A DNA stretch of 64,000 nucleotides. Origin: Candidatus Geocrenenecus huangii. GTDB lineage: Archaea > Thermoproteota > Nitrososphaeria_A > Caldarchaeales > Wolframiiraptoraceae. Location of the stretch: the NCBI GenBank assembly GCA_023254095.1, contig JALNLM010000003.1, positions 5,477-69,476 of the forward strand, written 5' to 3'. A program made the translations under genes and the position numbers. The notes beneath the pieces are model-generated. The model saw nothing but the letters and a program-made list of their open reading frames with translations, was not told the DNA's origin and did not search any database. How positions within the stretch are numbered: position 1 is the stretch's first letter; each line of letters opens with the position of its first letter. Shown here piece after piece: positions 20,172-30,660 of this stretch.

Positions 20172-21191
20172 CTAAATAAGTTTTCTTCTTATGTATTGTA
20201 GAATCTTCTTTTCTACATCGTATATCTTAGCTCTTCCTCCCAAGTCAGGCGTTAGAGTATCTCCATCTTCTAGAATCTTCTCAACTACTTCTCTCAAATG
20301 TGTCGAGGCATCCATAAACTCTTTCCTACCCTTCTTGTATGATAGCCATTCGAGCATCATAGCTCCTGTAAGAATCTGTCCGAGTGGATCAGCATAGTCG
20401 GGTTCTATATCTGGTGCAGAGCCATGTACAGGCTCGAATAATCCATACTCTTCGCTAATGTTCGCTGAACATGATAAACCTATCGACCCAACTAACCCAG
20501 CTGCTTCATCGCTTAAAATATCTCCGAACATATTCGGAGTTAATAGTACGTCAAACCTTTCAGGATTCACGATCAGCTGGTAGGCAGCATTGTCCACATA
20601 CATATCTTCGATGTGTATGCCGTTGTATCTTCTTCCAACTTCGTATGCGATGTTCTTAAAGTATAGATAGCTCTTTAGAACATTTCCCTTATGGATTATG
20701 GCAACCTTTCTTCTCCTCCTTAGGGCCATGTCGAAGGCCACTTTAGCTATCCTCTCTGTCTTCTTCCTCGTTATGACTAGTAGCGATACTGCATAGTCTG
20801 GTCCGATATCTTCTACTCCCCGGTACAGGTCTTCAGTATTTTCTCTAACAATCACTAAGTCTACGTTCTTCCAGTAAGTTTTGACGCCTCTAAAAGTCTT
20901 GAATGGGCGAATGTTCGCATAAAGATCTAGATGTTGCCTAAGATATACTATTACTTCTTTGGCTGTTTCACCAACCGGGCCTTTAAGACATGCATCCGAT
21001 GTGACGATCTTCTCAAGCGAAGATTTAGGTAATGCGTCTCCAAAATCTCTTAAAGCGTTATCTCCTGCAGGTGCTTCAACGAACTCTAGTCCAAGATTGT
21101 ATATGTCCGAGAGTTCTTCAAGTATTCTAATTGTTGTGTTAACTATCTTGGGTCCAACACCGTCGCCAGGTATAACGCTGATCCTCACCAA
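20172..21191 (-). CDS. leuB: 3-isopropylmalate dehydrogenase (or related beta-decarboxylating dehydrogenase)
   Basis: ISVIPGDGVGPKIV N-terminus, VRENTEDLY, NMFGDILSDEAAGLVGSIGL. Confidence 0.85.
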   Translation of the reverse strand: MVRISVIPGDGVGPKIVNTTIRILEELSDIYNLGLEFVEAPAGDNALRDFGDALPKSSLEKIVTSDACLKGPVGETAKEVIVYLRQHLDLYANIRPFKTFRGVKTYWKNVDLVIVRENTEDLYRGVEDIGPDYAVSLLVITRKKTERIAKVAFDMALRRRRKVAIIHKGNVLKSYLYFKNIAYEVGRRYNGIHIEDMYVDNAAYQLIVNPERFDVLLTPNMFGDILSDEAAGLVGSIGLSCSANISEEYGLFEPVHGSAPDIEPDYADPLGQILTGAMMLEWLSYKKGRKEFMDASTHLREVVEKILEDGDTLTPDLGGRAKIYDVEKKILQYIRRKLI

Positions 21192-21297
21192 TTCAGACTC
21201 GCATGAAAGAATCGGACCATGTAGGTTATATCTATTTTTCTCTGTGGATAGAATATTTTTATGCTAAGTTTATGAAGCTAATCTAGTTCTCAAAAAA

Positions 21298-21305
21298 TTT
21301 AAATA
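21298..21305 (+). promoter_or_regulatory. TATA-like box in the leuB/leuA divergent region
   Basis: CAAAAAA-TTTAAATA lies about 157 nt upstream of the leuA ATG, which implies a long leader if it is used. Confidence 0.3.
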
Positions 21306-21461
21306 GTATCAAGGACAGAAATCTATCAACAAAAGCGTGGTGAGAATATTGCTCCAAATTCAGGACTACTAACTCAGCTGGAAAGTTTGTCGGCCGAGTC
21401 GTCAGGATTAAATATCTTTTCTCATCTTGTTTCGCATATCATTCTTCTCTAGGTGATCTCT

Positions 21462-22991
21462 ATGGCTTGGAGAAGTGTTATCTCCAGAGAATATATTCTT
21501 CCAGAGAGGGTGGCGATCTTCGATACAACTCTTAGAGATGGTGAACAGACACCTGGAGTAGCATTAACGACAGACGCTAAGATAGAGATCGCGAAAGCCC
21601 TCGACGACCTAGGGGTAGACGTAATCGAGCTAGGATTTCCAACGGTCTCTAAAGGTGAGGAAGAAGCTATAAAAAAGATAACTAGAGAGAACCTTAATTC
21701 GAAGACGTGTGTATTAGCTAGGGCGAACAAGCTAGATGTAGACAAAGCAATCGAATGCGATGTAGATTGGATACATATCTTCATCGCTACCTCCGATATT
21801 CATTTAAAATATAAGCTGAGGATGAGTAGAGAGGAAGTTATCGAGAAAGCGGTCAAGATCATAGAATACGCTAGAGACCACGACGTAGTAGTTCATTTCT
21901 CAGCTGAAGACGCTACTAGAACAGACCTAGATTACCTTATAAGAATCTTTAAAGCGGTCGAGGAAGCAGGTGCGAACAGCATAGATATCCCGGATACAGT
22001 TGGATTCGCTGTTCCATCAGCTATCAAGATAATAGTTTCAACTGTTAAGAAGAATATAGGAATCCCTATTGCTATACATTGCCACGACGACATGGGGTTA
22101 GCTGTTGCAAACTCTCTTACAGCAGTAGAGTCAGGGGCAGAAATAATACATGCGACCGTTAACGGTATAGGTGAGAGGGCCGGCAATACTTCTCTAGAAG
22201 AGGTCGCTGTTGCACTACATACTCTTTATGGGATCAGGACGAATATTAAATTAGAAAAGATATACGAAGTATCAAGACTCGTCGAGAAGCTTACCGGAAT
22301 CATTGTTCCGAAGAATAAAGCAATAGTCGGTGAGAACGCCTTCAGCCATGAAAGTGGAATACATGTTCACGGAGTTATATCTTCACCTCAAACATACGAG
22401 CCAATAGAGCCTGAGAAAGTGGGTAGGAGGAGGAAGATCATCCTCGGCAAGCATTCAGGAAAGCATTCAGTAGTAGAATTGGCTAGAAGATTCGGAGTGG
22501 AACTGACCGATGTCCAAGCAGAAGAGGTTCTAAGAGAGATAAAACATAGAGGAGACTTGGGTCAAAAGATCAGCGATGTACATTTCCTAGAGATCTTGAC
22601 GAAGACCGCTAATACAGATGATTTTAATAGAAGAATAACTATCAGGAGTATCTCGATACATTCTTCTGAGAACACTTCTGTAGCTTTACTGCATCTAAAC
22701 ATTCTAGGAGAAAGCTATGTTCTAGCAGGTTATGGAAGGAGTGAGGTTGAAGCTTTACTGAATATCTATCGAGAATGCTTGAAGAAGACTTACGGGTTTA
22801 ACATTAATGATTACAGAATTTGGTTATCTCCTAGCCCGCGGCTTTTCTCTGAATCCGAAATATCATTATCTAGAGATGGTGAAGAGATAGTTGGAAAAGG
22901 TGTCCATCTTTCTCCTTTGATAGCCTTTACACAAGCGTTAGTTAATGCTTTGAACCAGATAATGGAGAAGGAGGGACGGAAAAATGATTGA
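21462..22991 (+). CDS. leuA: 2-isopropylmalate synthase (LeuA/CimA family)
   Basis: IFDTTLRDGEQTPGV, HCHDDMGLAVANSL and a C-terminal LeuA allosteric domain. ATG 21462 is preceded by AGGTGAT. Confidence 0.85.
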   Translation: MAWRSVISREYILPERVAIFDTTLRDGEQTPGVALTTDAKIEIAKALDDLGVDVIELGFPTVSKGEEEAIKKITRENLNSKTCVLARANKLDVDKAIECDVDWIHIFIATSDIHLKYKLRMSREEVIEKAVKIIEYARDHDVVVHFSAEDATRTDLDYLIRIFKAVEEAGANSIDIPDTVGFAVPSAIKIIVSTVKKNIGIPIAIHCHDDMGLAVANSLTAVESGAEIIHATVNGIGERAGNTSLEEVAVALHTLYGIRTNIKLEKIYEVSRLVEKLTGIIVPKNKAIVGENAFSHESGIHVHGVISSPQTYEPIEPEKVGRRRKIILGKHSGKHSVVELARRFGVELTDVQAEEVLREIKHRGDLGQKISDVHFLEILTKTANTDDFNRRITIRSISIHSSENTSVALLHLNILGESYVLAGYGRSEVEALLNIYRECLKKTYGFNINDYRIWLSPSPRLFSESEISLSRDGEEIVGKGVHLSPLIAFTQALVNALNQIMEKEGRKND

Positions 22992-24690
22992 GATCTCTGG
23001 TGCTAGAGCTTTAATTGAAAAATTGAGGAAACTAAAGATCGAAGTGATCTTCGGTATCCCCGGAGGAGCTATAATGCCTGTATACGATGAATTGAGAGAT
23101 TCAGGTATCAGGCACATCCTAGCTAGACATGAACAACATGCAGCTCACATGGCCGACGGGTATGCTAGAGCAATCAAGAAGCCTGGAGTCTGCATGGCTA
23201 CTTCAGGTCCGGGTTCTACAAACCTGATTACAGGAATTGCAAACGCGTACATGGATTCATCTCCTGTAGTGGCTTTCACAGGTCAGGTAACCATGTCGGC
23301 CATGGGTAGAGGAGCATTCCAAGAAACAGATATGGTTGGATTAACAACACCAATTACTAAGTGGAGTTATCAAGTAAGGTCTGTAAGGGAGATACCAAGC
23401 GTTGTGGAGACAGCTTTCCGGGTAGCTATATCTGGTAGACCCGGGCCGGTAGTAGTAGACCTTCCCAGAGATATCCAAGTCGGCTCTGGGAAAATCGATC
23501 TCGAGAAAAATTCTGTTCTGGCAAAGATCGTTAATCCCCCTCCACCCGATCCCCTTGTTGTTAAGCAGATTGTGAAAGAGTTACTCCAATCCGAGAGGCC
23601 TGTAATATTAGCTGGCGGAGGTGTTAAATGGGCTAGAGCTGAAAAACTCTTGCTACAGCTGGCGGAGACTCTACTCATACCCGTTGCAACTACTTTCATG
23701 GGTAAAGGGGTCATCCCTGAAATACACCCACTATCTCTGAGATGCGTTGGTATGCATGGAAACCCGGTAGCCCATGAAGCATTGATGAACTCTGACTTGA
23801 TACTAATCGTTGGAGCCAGACTTTCAGATAGAACAACATGTAAAGTTGATGAGTTCGGTCAACAAGCCAAAATAATACATATAGATGTTGACGCAGCGGA
23901 GATAGGAAAGAACAAGGAGGTACACATAGGGTTAGTGGCCTCAGCCGATCAAGCTATTGAGGCAATCCTAGATGCTTTGCCGAAAATTCTGGAAAAAGAA
24001 AAAAAGAATAGATGGGTTGAGAAGATAGAGAACATAAGAAGTAAGTGGAGTGAAATAATCGGAGATGATGGAGTCATCGGTAGGTCAGAGGTAGCTAAAT
24101 TATTCAAAATCCTGAGGCAGGCCACTCCACCAAACACTATCGTTACAACAGAGGTAGGCCAAAACCAGATGTGGTCATCATTGTTCTGGACAATACTTGA
24201 GCCGGATACATTCATTAGCTCTGGAGGTCTTGGAACGATGGGGTTCGGTTTACCGGCTGCCATAGGTGCGAAAGTAGCTAGACCTGAATGCCCCGTCATA
24301 GATATAGCTGGAGACGGAAGCTTCCTCATGAATGAGAATAACCTAGCCGTGGTAGCTACAGAAAACATCCCCGTCATCGTAATTGTACTCGATAACAGAA
24401 TGCTCGGAATGGTCGCCCAGTGGCAGAGAATATTCTATAATAAAAGATACATGGCTGTTCAGTTTGCAGATACACCAGACTTCGTTAAGCTCGCAGAAGC
24501 ATATGGTGTAGAAGGTGTAAGAGCTGAATCTCCAGAAGAACTTGGGAGAGCTGTCTCTAACGCCATTAGAAACAATACTCCAACAGTAGTCGACGTACCA
24601 GTTGATCCAGAAGCTGACGTCCTACCCTTCGTTCCACCTGGTAGAAGCTTTAAAGACATAATAATTCCAGGAGGCTACGCTAAGAAATGA
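22984..24690 (+). CDS. ilvB: acetolactate synthase large subunit
   Basis: ThDP enzyme: GIPGGAIMPVYD, TSGPGSTNL, GGLGTMGFGLPAAIGA, GDGSFLMN. Overlaps the leuA stop by 8 nt. Confidence 0.95.
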   Translation: MIEISGARALIEKLRKLKIEVIFGIPGGAIMPVYDELRDSGIRHILARHEQHAAHMADGYARAIKKPGVCMATSGPGSTNLITGIANAYMDSSPVVAFTGQVTMSAMGRGAFQETDMVGLTTPITKWSYQVRSVREIPSVVETAFRVAISGRPGPVVVDLPRDIQVGSGKIDLEKNSVLAKIVNPPPPDPLVVKQIVKELLQSERPVILAGGGVKWARAEKLLLQLAETLLIPVATTFMGKGVIPEIHPLSLRCVGMHGNPVAHEALMNSDLILIVGARLSDRTTCKVDEFGQQAKIIHIDVDAAEIGKNKEVHIGLVASADQAIEAILDALPKILEKEKKNRWVEKIENIRSKWSEIIGDDGVIGRSEVAKLFKILRQATPPNTIVTTEVGQNQMWSSLFWTILEPDTFISSGGLGTMGFGLPAAIGAKVARPECPVIDIAGDGSFLMNENNLAVVATENIPVIVIVLDNRMLGMVAQWQRIFYNKRYMAVQFADTPDFVKLAEAYGVEGVRAESPEELGRAVSNAIRNNTPTVVDVPVDPEADVLPFVPPGRSFKDIIIPGGYAKK

Positions 24691-24974
24691 GCAACGGAAA
24701 TCTCGATAGGAATTTTCTTATATGTGGTTTAGTGTTAGACCAGCCGAACATCGTAGAGAAGATTGCTGGAACGGTTAGACGTTCACCTACACTATACCAG
24801 CTCATTAGACTATACTATGGTCCGAGTGGAGAAGATGGGAAAGCATTATTCTATGTTGAAGTAAAATCTAACGAGAAGAATGCTGAGAGGCTTGTTAAGC
24901 TCTATGAAGGCTATGCTGAGGTTTTGAAAGTTTGGTGGAAGGAGATAAACCTAGAAAATTTTTATAATAGGTAG
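24687..24974 (+). CDS. ilvN: acetolactate synthase small subunit, short single-ACT form
   Basis: 95 aa with an ACT-like pattern (ICGLVLDQPNIVEKIAGTV..YVEV..AEVLKV). ATGA overlap with ilvB. Confidence 0.65.
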   Translation: MSNGNLDRNFLICGLVLDQPNIVEKIAGTVRRSPTLYQLIRLYYGPSGEDGKALFYVEVKSNEKNAERLVKLYEGYAEVLKVWWKEINLENFYNR

Positions 24975-24990
24975 GTGAATTAGGATAGGC

Positions 24991-25974
24991 ATGGTTAGAG
25001 TTTGGAGAGATAATGAAATCGACACGAGCATCTTGGAGAATCAAGTTATCGCGGTGATCGGTTACGGTAGCCAGGGTAGAGCTCAAGCCCTTAACATGAG
25101 AGATTCAGGATTAGACGTAGTCGTCGGAGTTAGAAAAGAGGGAGAATCATGGAGAAAAGCATTACAAGATAATGTAAGAGTTAAGAGTATAGATGAAGCG
25201 GCGAGGGAGGCAGATATAGTTCATCTCCTCATACCTGACACAGAGCAGCCGAAAGTCTACAAAGAATACGTCGAGCCATACCTGAAGCCTGGGAAAACCC
25301 TCGGATTCTCTCATGGATACAATTTCCACTATAAGCTCATCGACCCCCCACAGGGAGTAGACGTTATAATGGTTGCACCTAAGGGGCCAGGCCCTATCGT
25401 ACGTGAAATGTATCTTAAGGGTGATGGCGTCCCAGCGCTAGTCGCTGTTGGAAGAGACTTCTCTGGAAAAGCTCTAATGAAAGCTTTAGCGATGGCGAAG
25501 TCGATAGGCGCTGCTAGAAAAGGAGTAATAGAGACAACTTTCAGAGAAGAGACAGAGACAGACTTGCTTGGAGAACAAGCTGTACTCGTAGGCGGTGTCA
25601 TGGAGTTGATAAAGAAGGGGTTCGAGATACTTGTAGAGAATGGATATCAACCTGAAGTTGCTTATTTCGAAGTTTGTAATGAGTTAAAGCTTATAGTAGA
25701 CTTGATCTATAGAGGCGGATTGACAGAGATGCTTAGATCTGTATCTGATACTGCTAAGTATGGTGGGTTACTGATCGGGCCACGTATAGTCGACGAGCAT
25801 GTTAAGAAGAATATGTTGAAGGCTCTTGAAGATATTAGAAGTGGGAGTTTCGAGAAGATGTGGACTGGAAACCCGAAGGCTAGAGAGACCTTAAAGAAGA
25901 AGATGGAGGAGATCTCAGAGCATCCTCTCGAAATAGTTGGGAGACAGGTCAGAAGATTATTCGAGACCAAGTAA
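24991..25974 (+). CDS. ilvC: ketol-acid reductoisomerase
   Basis: [38 protein letters not shown]. Confidence 0.95.
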   Translation: MVRVWRDNEIDTSILENQVIAVIGYGSQGRAQALNMRDSGLDVVVGVRKEGESWRKALQDNVRVKSIDEAAREADIVHLLIPDTEQPKVYKEYVEPYLKPGKTLGFSHGYNFHYKLIDPPQGVDVIMVAPKGPGPIVREMYLKGDGVPALVAVGRDFSGKALMKALAMAKSIGAARKGVIETTFREETETDLLGEQAVLVGGVMELIKKGFEILVENGYQPEVAYFEVCNELKLIVDLIYRGGLTEMLRSVSDTAKYGGLLIGPRIVDEHVKKNMLKALEDIRSGSFEKMWTGNPKARETLKKKMEEISEHPLEIVGRQVRRLFETK

Positions 25975-26016
25975 ATCTATCCTTACATATCTTATGTAAA
26001 CGTCTACTGGAGAAGC

Positions 26017-26718
26017 CTAGAAGCCATCAATCTTAGATTGCTGAGAACCTACATCCTCCCCGTATTTCGCGTTTATCAAATCATATATCTTCATACTCTT
26101 CTGTAAAGAGATCTTCCCAGCTATCGATAAGATATTAGGTTCAGCGTTGAATACGCCTCTCAAACTTCCCAAAGCTCTTAGCAACCGTTTAGCGGTTGCA
26201 GGACCTACTCCAGGGAGAGATGTTAAGACCTGTATCTGTAGTTCGTTTATCGTGGCCTTCTTCCTTTTAGGCTTAACCCAGACGTCTTCTTCTGTCCCCT
26301 TCTTCCTTTTAGAAATCACGGTAATCAATGAGGCTGTATCTTCAGCGGACTCTGTGAAGAAGGTTTTTACGTTGAAATCGTACAATAAGCTCGCTAATGC
26401 TCCCCAGAACGCATTAGCATTCTCAAAGTATGCTAAGCCATTCTTAATTCTCCCCTCTATTATGAAGGTTGGGTTACTAGATGCTTTAGAAAGATTTAAT
26501 GCTTGTTCGAATAATCTACCGTCAAGAATAGATGAGATGAAATCGTTAATTGTTTTTCTCTCTATTAATATGCCCCCAAGCAGGGCATAGTCTCCGACTT
26601 CTAACATGTCGAACCTGACGCTTAACCCACGTTTTATCAATAGTGAGGGGACGTCAGACCGCTCTTCTCTTCGATCGACTATCACTACCCCCGGCTTAAT
26701 CACCCTCACTTCTTTCAA
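26017..26718 (-). CDS. xpf: short crenarchaeal-type XPF (ERCC4) nuclease
   Basis: VGDY..ERKTINDF ERCC4 motif, C-terminal (HhH)2 LPGVGPATAKRLL, and a terminal PIP-like QSKIDGF. Confidence 0.85.
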   Translation of the reverse strand: MKEVRVIKPGVVIVDRREERSDVPSLLIKRGLSVRFDMLEVGDYALLGGILIERKTINDFISSILDGRLFEQALNLSKASSNPTFIIEGRIKNGLAYFENANAFWGALASLLYDFNVKTFFTESAEDTASLITVISKRKKGTEEDVWVKPKRKKATINELQIQVLTSLPGVGPATAKRLLRALGSLRGVFNAEPNILSIAGKISLQKSMKIYDLINAKYGEDVGSQQSKIDGF

Positions 26719-26836
26719 GACTCTAACCTAAAAGCTATCTACTACATAATCTAATATATACTCATATCTTCAGAATGCCTAAATATGTTAGCTCATCTCC
26801 CTACAAGAATACTTAGTTGGAGAAATGCATTGAGGG

Positions 26837-27610
26837 TTACGGAATATTTAACTTAACAAATAATTTAACGTAAATTGCTAGAGTGAACAATGTAATCGAG
26901 ATCGACAATACCGTCAGGTCTCTCTTCGTCATCTTCAATTCTCTGAGGTATGTTCGATTTTTCTTGGCTCCGAAGCATTTCACTTCTATTGCTTCTGCAA
27001 GTTCATACGATCTCCTCAAAACGTTTACCATTAATGGGATGAGTATTGGGATATATCTTCTCAGCCTGGTTATCATGTTCCCCTTCTCCAGCTCCAGCCC
27101 CCTACTCTTCTGCGCATCTATTATTGATTGGAGTTCTTCTGCAAGAATCGGAGTGAACCTTATGGCTGAGATAAATGCGAAAGTATACATATACGGTACC
27201 TTCATCTTTGTTAGCGCCATCCCTAGTTCTTCGGGGGTTGTGGTTAAGAAGAAGATCGAGAAGGATGCTAGAAAGGCTACGAGCCTGTATGCTAGTTGGA
27301 GAGCTTCGTAGATACTCTGAAAACCGAGAGATTGCCCAGGCATGGAGAGCTTGAATAAGACGTTCAGTAAGAATACGAGGATTATCAGGGGGGCTGCTCC
27401 ATAAACTGTTCTAGCCCATCTACTGAAAACCTTAGCTATGATGGATAATAGAGCCTCAACCGCTACTACTATCGTTATTATCGTTACTTCTAGATAAATG
27501 GCCGCCGTCATCATGAGTAGAAGTGATATCACTAGCTTAACTCTCGGGTCAAGCTTATGGATTACAGTCTTCCCGGGATAGAATTGGAGACCCCTAAGAA
27601 TGGTTGACAA
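26837..27610 (-). CDS. ecfT: ECF transporter transmembrane (T) component
   Basis: CbiQ/EcfT-like TM protein carrying the conserved coupling-helix motifs AxRxR/ARG (ISAIRF..SRGLE). Confidence 0.85.
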   Translation of the reverse strand: MSTILRGLQFYPGKTVIHKLDPRVKLVISLLLMMTAAIYLEVTIITIVVAVEALLSIIAKVFSRWARTVYGAAPLIILVFLLNVLFKLSMPGQSLGFQSIYEALQLAYRLVAFLASFSIFFLTTTPEELGMALTKMKVPYMYTFAFISAIRFTPILAEELQSIIDAQKSRGLELEKGNMITRLRRYIPILIPLMVNVLRRSYELAEAIEVKCFGAKKNRTYLRELKMTKRDLTVLSISITLFTLAIYVKLFVKLNIP

Positions 27611-27611
27611 C

Positions 27612-28424
27612 TCACTTCAACCTCCTGGCAATCTCGACAGCTATCTCTTCAGGTCCTGCTAGCTTAGGCCTAATACCTAGGAAATCTAGCCTAGATGTTA
27701 ATGAGACTATCTGGGGTGGAAGCAGACTGCATTCTTGAAGTAACGGGATATCGGTTAAGACTTCCTCCGCCGGCCCATCCTTGACAATTCTACCTTTACT
27801 CATTAGAATTATTCTAGGTTTAATATCCGCGATGAACTCGACATCATGGGAAGATATGATTATTGTCTTTCCCTGCTGATTAGCTTGTCTTATAATCTGT
27901 ATCATCTTCTCTTTCTGGAGTATATCCTGCCCAACTGTAGGCTCATCTAGAGCAACAACTTCAGGAGACCACGCAAGGATTATCGCTAGGGCCAGTCTCT
28001 TCTTCTCTCCTCCACTAAGGAGGAAAGGAGACTTATCTCTATATTCTTCAAGCTCCATGAACTTTAAAGCCCATCCAACTCTCTTCTGTATAATATCCTC
28101 CGGGTATCTGAAGTTATTTAATGCAAAAGCTATCTCTTCATAGATTGTTGGGGAGAAGAACATTTCTTCAGCATTTTGGAAAACTATTCCAACTTTTCTT
28201 GAGAGAGAGGCCACAGTTGTACGTCTAGTATCTACTCCGTCTACTAATACTCTTCCAGAAAAAGGTTTAAGTAAGCCATTCAAATGCTTCAGTAACGTTG
28301 TCTTCCCCGCACCATTCTCACCCATTAATGCAACAATTTCTCCTGACTCTATCTCTAGGTTGACTCCGCGAAGCGCCTTGAACCCGTTGGGATACACGTA
28401 TTCTACATTCTCGAAGACTATCAT
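27612..28424 (-). CDS. ecfA: ECF transporter ATPase component A2
   Basis: GENGAGKTT, LSGGEKKRLALA, VALDEPT. ATG 28424 is preceded by GGTGGAG and overlaps the upstream TAA by 1 nt. Confidence 0.9.
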   Translation of the reverse strand: MIVFENVEYVYPNGFKALRGVNLEIESGEIVALMGENGAGKTTLLKHLNGLLKPFSGRVLVDGVDTRRTTVASLSRKVGIVFQNAEEMFFSPTIYEEIAFALNNFRYPEDIIQKRVGWALKFMELEEYRDKSPFLLSGGEKKRLALAIILAWSPEVVALDEPTVGQDILQKEKMIQIIRQANQQGKTIIISSHDVEFIADIKPRIILMSKGRIVKDGPAEEVLTDIPLLQECSLLPPQIVSLTSRLDFLGIRPKLAGPEEIAVEIARRLK

Positions 28425-29272
28425 TAATTTCTCCACCTGCGTAGAATCTCTACAAATTCTTCAACTGAAAGAGGGACCACATGATTAAATGAATATCCTA
28501 GAGACTTCTTTAACTGTGTTGCAACTTTAACTATCCTCGGGACAGACACTCCATATGGCATTACATCATGCTTATCCAGTACTTCTCTAGGTTTACCGTC
28601 TAGAACTATTCTTCCATCATCTATTACGATCATACGGGAAGCATATGGTAGGAGCAGATCGAGGCGGTGTTCTGCTATCAATATAGTTATCTTGTATTTC
28701 TGGTTTAAACTTATTATTGTATCTATCAATTGTTTGGCTGAGAATGGGTCGAGAGAGCTTGTAGGTTCATCTAGCAGGAGTATCTGTGGACGCATAGCTA
28801 GGATAGATGCGATCGCTACTTTTTGTTTCTGACCTCCTGACAATTCTAGCGAAGACTTATCTCTTAATTCTTCTATACCCATAACTCTTAAGGCCCAGTC
28901 TACCCTCTCCCTGATCTCTTCCTTCGGGATCGATAGATTCTCTAAAGCGAACGCTATATCGGCTTCTACTGTTAAGGCAAATAATTGATTGTCTGGATTC
29001 TGGAACACCATACCAGCATACTGGGATAGGATATACGTCGGGTTTTCACGAGTATCGAGACCGCATACTTCTACCTTACCAATCATTTCGCCTTCATAGA
29101 AGTGGGGGATCAAACCATTGAAGCATCTCATGAGGGTTGATTTACCACATCCACTTCTACCTGCAAGTACGACGAATTCGCCTTCATTTATCTCTATGTT
29201 GACTTCTCTTATCGCCCATTCACTACTTCCACTATACTTAAACCATAGATTGCTACTCTTTATGATCGTCAA
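28424..29272 (-). CDS. ecfA: ECF transporter ATPase component A1
   Basis: GRSGCGKST, LSGGQKQKVAIA, LLLDEPT. The TTG start overlaps the DHH gene stop (TTGA). Confidence 0.9.
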   Translation of the reverse strand: MTIIKSSNLWFKYSGSSEWAIREVNIEINEGEFVVLAGRSGCGKSTLMRCFNGLIPHFYEGEMIGKVEVCGLDTRENPTYILSQYAGMVFQNPDNQLFALTVEADIAFALENLSIPKEEIRERVDWALRVMGIEELRDKSSLELSGGQKQKVAIASILAMRPQILLLDEPTSSLDPFSAKQLIDTIISLNQKYKITILIAEHRLDLLLPYASRMIVIDDGRIVLDGKPREVLDKHDVMPYGVSVPRIVKVATQLKKSLGYSFNHVVPLSVEEFVEILRRWRN

Positions 29273-30288
29273 GCTTCCAGCACCTCCGGATTTATACCTA
29301 ACCTATTTTTCAATTCATCTACGAGGTATTCAGCTAATTCTTCTATAGATGCATTACATTCAAGGTGAGCCGCTGAAGCGTGGCCTCCTCCATACCCTCC
29401 AAACTTTACCCCTATTCTCCCAGCCAGGTCTATGCTTAAGTTTATCTTGGTCTGTTCTATAAAGTCTTGAGATGCTCGCATAGAGGCAGCCACTCTCGAT
29501 TTATCTACTTCACCTATCGCTATTGCGAGATGTGCGCCTAGATTGATTAGAGACCTAGCTACAGAGCTTTGGAATTTCCCTACATTCGTAATTACTACCA
29601 GCCAGTCTCTAAACCTGTATATCTTCATCCTTGAAGCTCCCTTCAATCTCGCTATCCTCTCTGAAGTATCTACTGTCTGCTCTAGTTTAGCTAAGATGCT
29701 ATTCAAGATTATCCCTTTACTGATCAATCTACATATCTTGCTAGAGGTATCTAGGTCTGCTATTGAGAATCTTACGGTATCGTAGTATAACCCTATTAGT
29801 ATAGCTTCCGCATCTCTTAATTCTAGTTGATAACCAAGGTATTCGGCTAGGTCGTAAATGACCTCTGTCACAGATTGATAACGTTCACTAGAGTATACTT
29901 TCACGTTAGGTGAATAACGATTAACCGTATCCGAGTGATGGTCTATCACTATAACGTATTTATCTCCTCTAGAAATGACCTCAAAGTATTCATCCAACTG
30001 TTCAGGCGACCCTGCATCAACCACAATATATGCATCTACATCCTCGACATTCTGGGTTAGCCCGATCCCGAAGTATTCTATTAGAGCTTTAACATGAGCT
30101 GTAGGGGAGCCTGGAACATCTATCCATACATTACCTACATTATAGATTTCTTTCAATAATTTTCTTAGAAAGTACGCTGAGCAGATTGAGTCCGGATCGC
30201 CGCCTGAATGGGTTAGAATAAATACTTTATGCCTGCTAAGTTGATTTAACTCTCTGTCGAGAAGAGAGATAAGTATTTCATCTCTCAT
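29269..30288 (-). CDS. DHH/DHHA1 phosphoesterase (NrnA-like)
   Basis: Motifs THSGGDPDSICS, VVDAG, IDHHSD and a DHHA1 GGYGGGHASAA are all intact. Confidence 0.8.
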   Translation of the reverse strand: MRDEILISLLDRELNQLSRHKVFILTHSGGDPDSICSAYFLRKLLKEIYNVGNVWIDVPGSPTAHVKALIEYFGIGLTQNVEDVDAYIVVDAGSPEQLDEYFEVISRGDKYVIVIDHHSDTVNRYSPNVKVYSSERYQSVTEVIYDLAEYLGYQLELRDAEAILIGLYYDTVRFSIADLDTSSKICRLISKGIILNSILAKLEQTVDTSERIARLKGASRMKIYRFRDWLVVITNVGKFQSSVARSLINLGAHLAIAIGEVDKSRVAASMRASQDFIEQTKINLSIDLAGRIGVKFGGYGGGHASAAHLECNASIEELAEYLVDELKNRLGINPEVLEA

Positions 30289-30291
30289 TTT

Positions 30292-30660
30292 CTACGAGGT
30301 CTTCTTCTCCGCGAGAGCTGACTGTATTTCTTTCTGTAATGTATCGAGCTGGCTTCTAGTCCTCTGTTCTTGTTTCTCCAAGATCTTTAATCTCGTTTCC
30401 GCGAGTTCTTTCTTTTCACTGAGTTCCTGCACAAGTTTATCACGCGAAGACTGTACCAACACTGGACCAACAGCTTTGTATACAGTTGCCGTATCTGAAA
30501 CTTTCTCTAATTCTTGTAGTGCATTCTTGACCTCGAATAATTCTGTTTCAAGTCTCTGTCTCTCAACTAATATTACGTTCAAGGTTTGTTGAAGCTGCTG
30601 CAATCTTAGGATCTGCTGTTGCAAGCTCGGAGGCAGCTCCCCTTCTCTAACCGCCAACAC
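30292..30660 (-). CDS. pfdB: prefoldin beta subunit
   Basis: Coiled coil LPPSLQQQILRLQQLQQ..hairpin VYKAVGPVLVQ..coiled coil. GTG 30660 is preceded by GGAGGG; the ORF track uses TTG 30675. Confidence 0.85.
   Translation of the reverse strand: MLAVREGELPPSLQQQILRLQQLQQTLNVILVERQRLETELFEVKNALQELEKVSDTATVYKAVGPVLVQSSRDKLVQELSEKKELAETRLKILEKQEQRTRSQLDTLQKEIQSALAEKKTS

Noticed and set aside
21337-21372. An 11-codon mini-ORF (GTG GTG..; VVRILLQIQDY) rich in Val, Ile and Leu in the putative leuA leader. It resembles a bacterial attenuation leader peptide.
   Set aside because: It is very short, starts with GTG and has no SD. I could not identify alternative terminator and antiterminator hairpins. 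I know of no precedent for leader-peptide attenuation in archaea. It is pure speculation.
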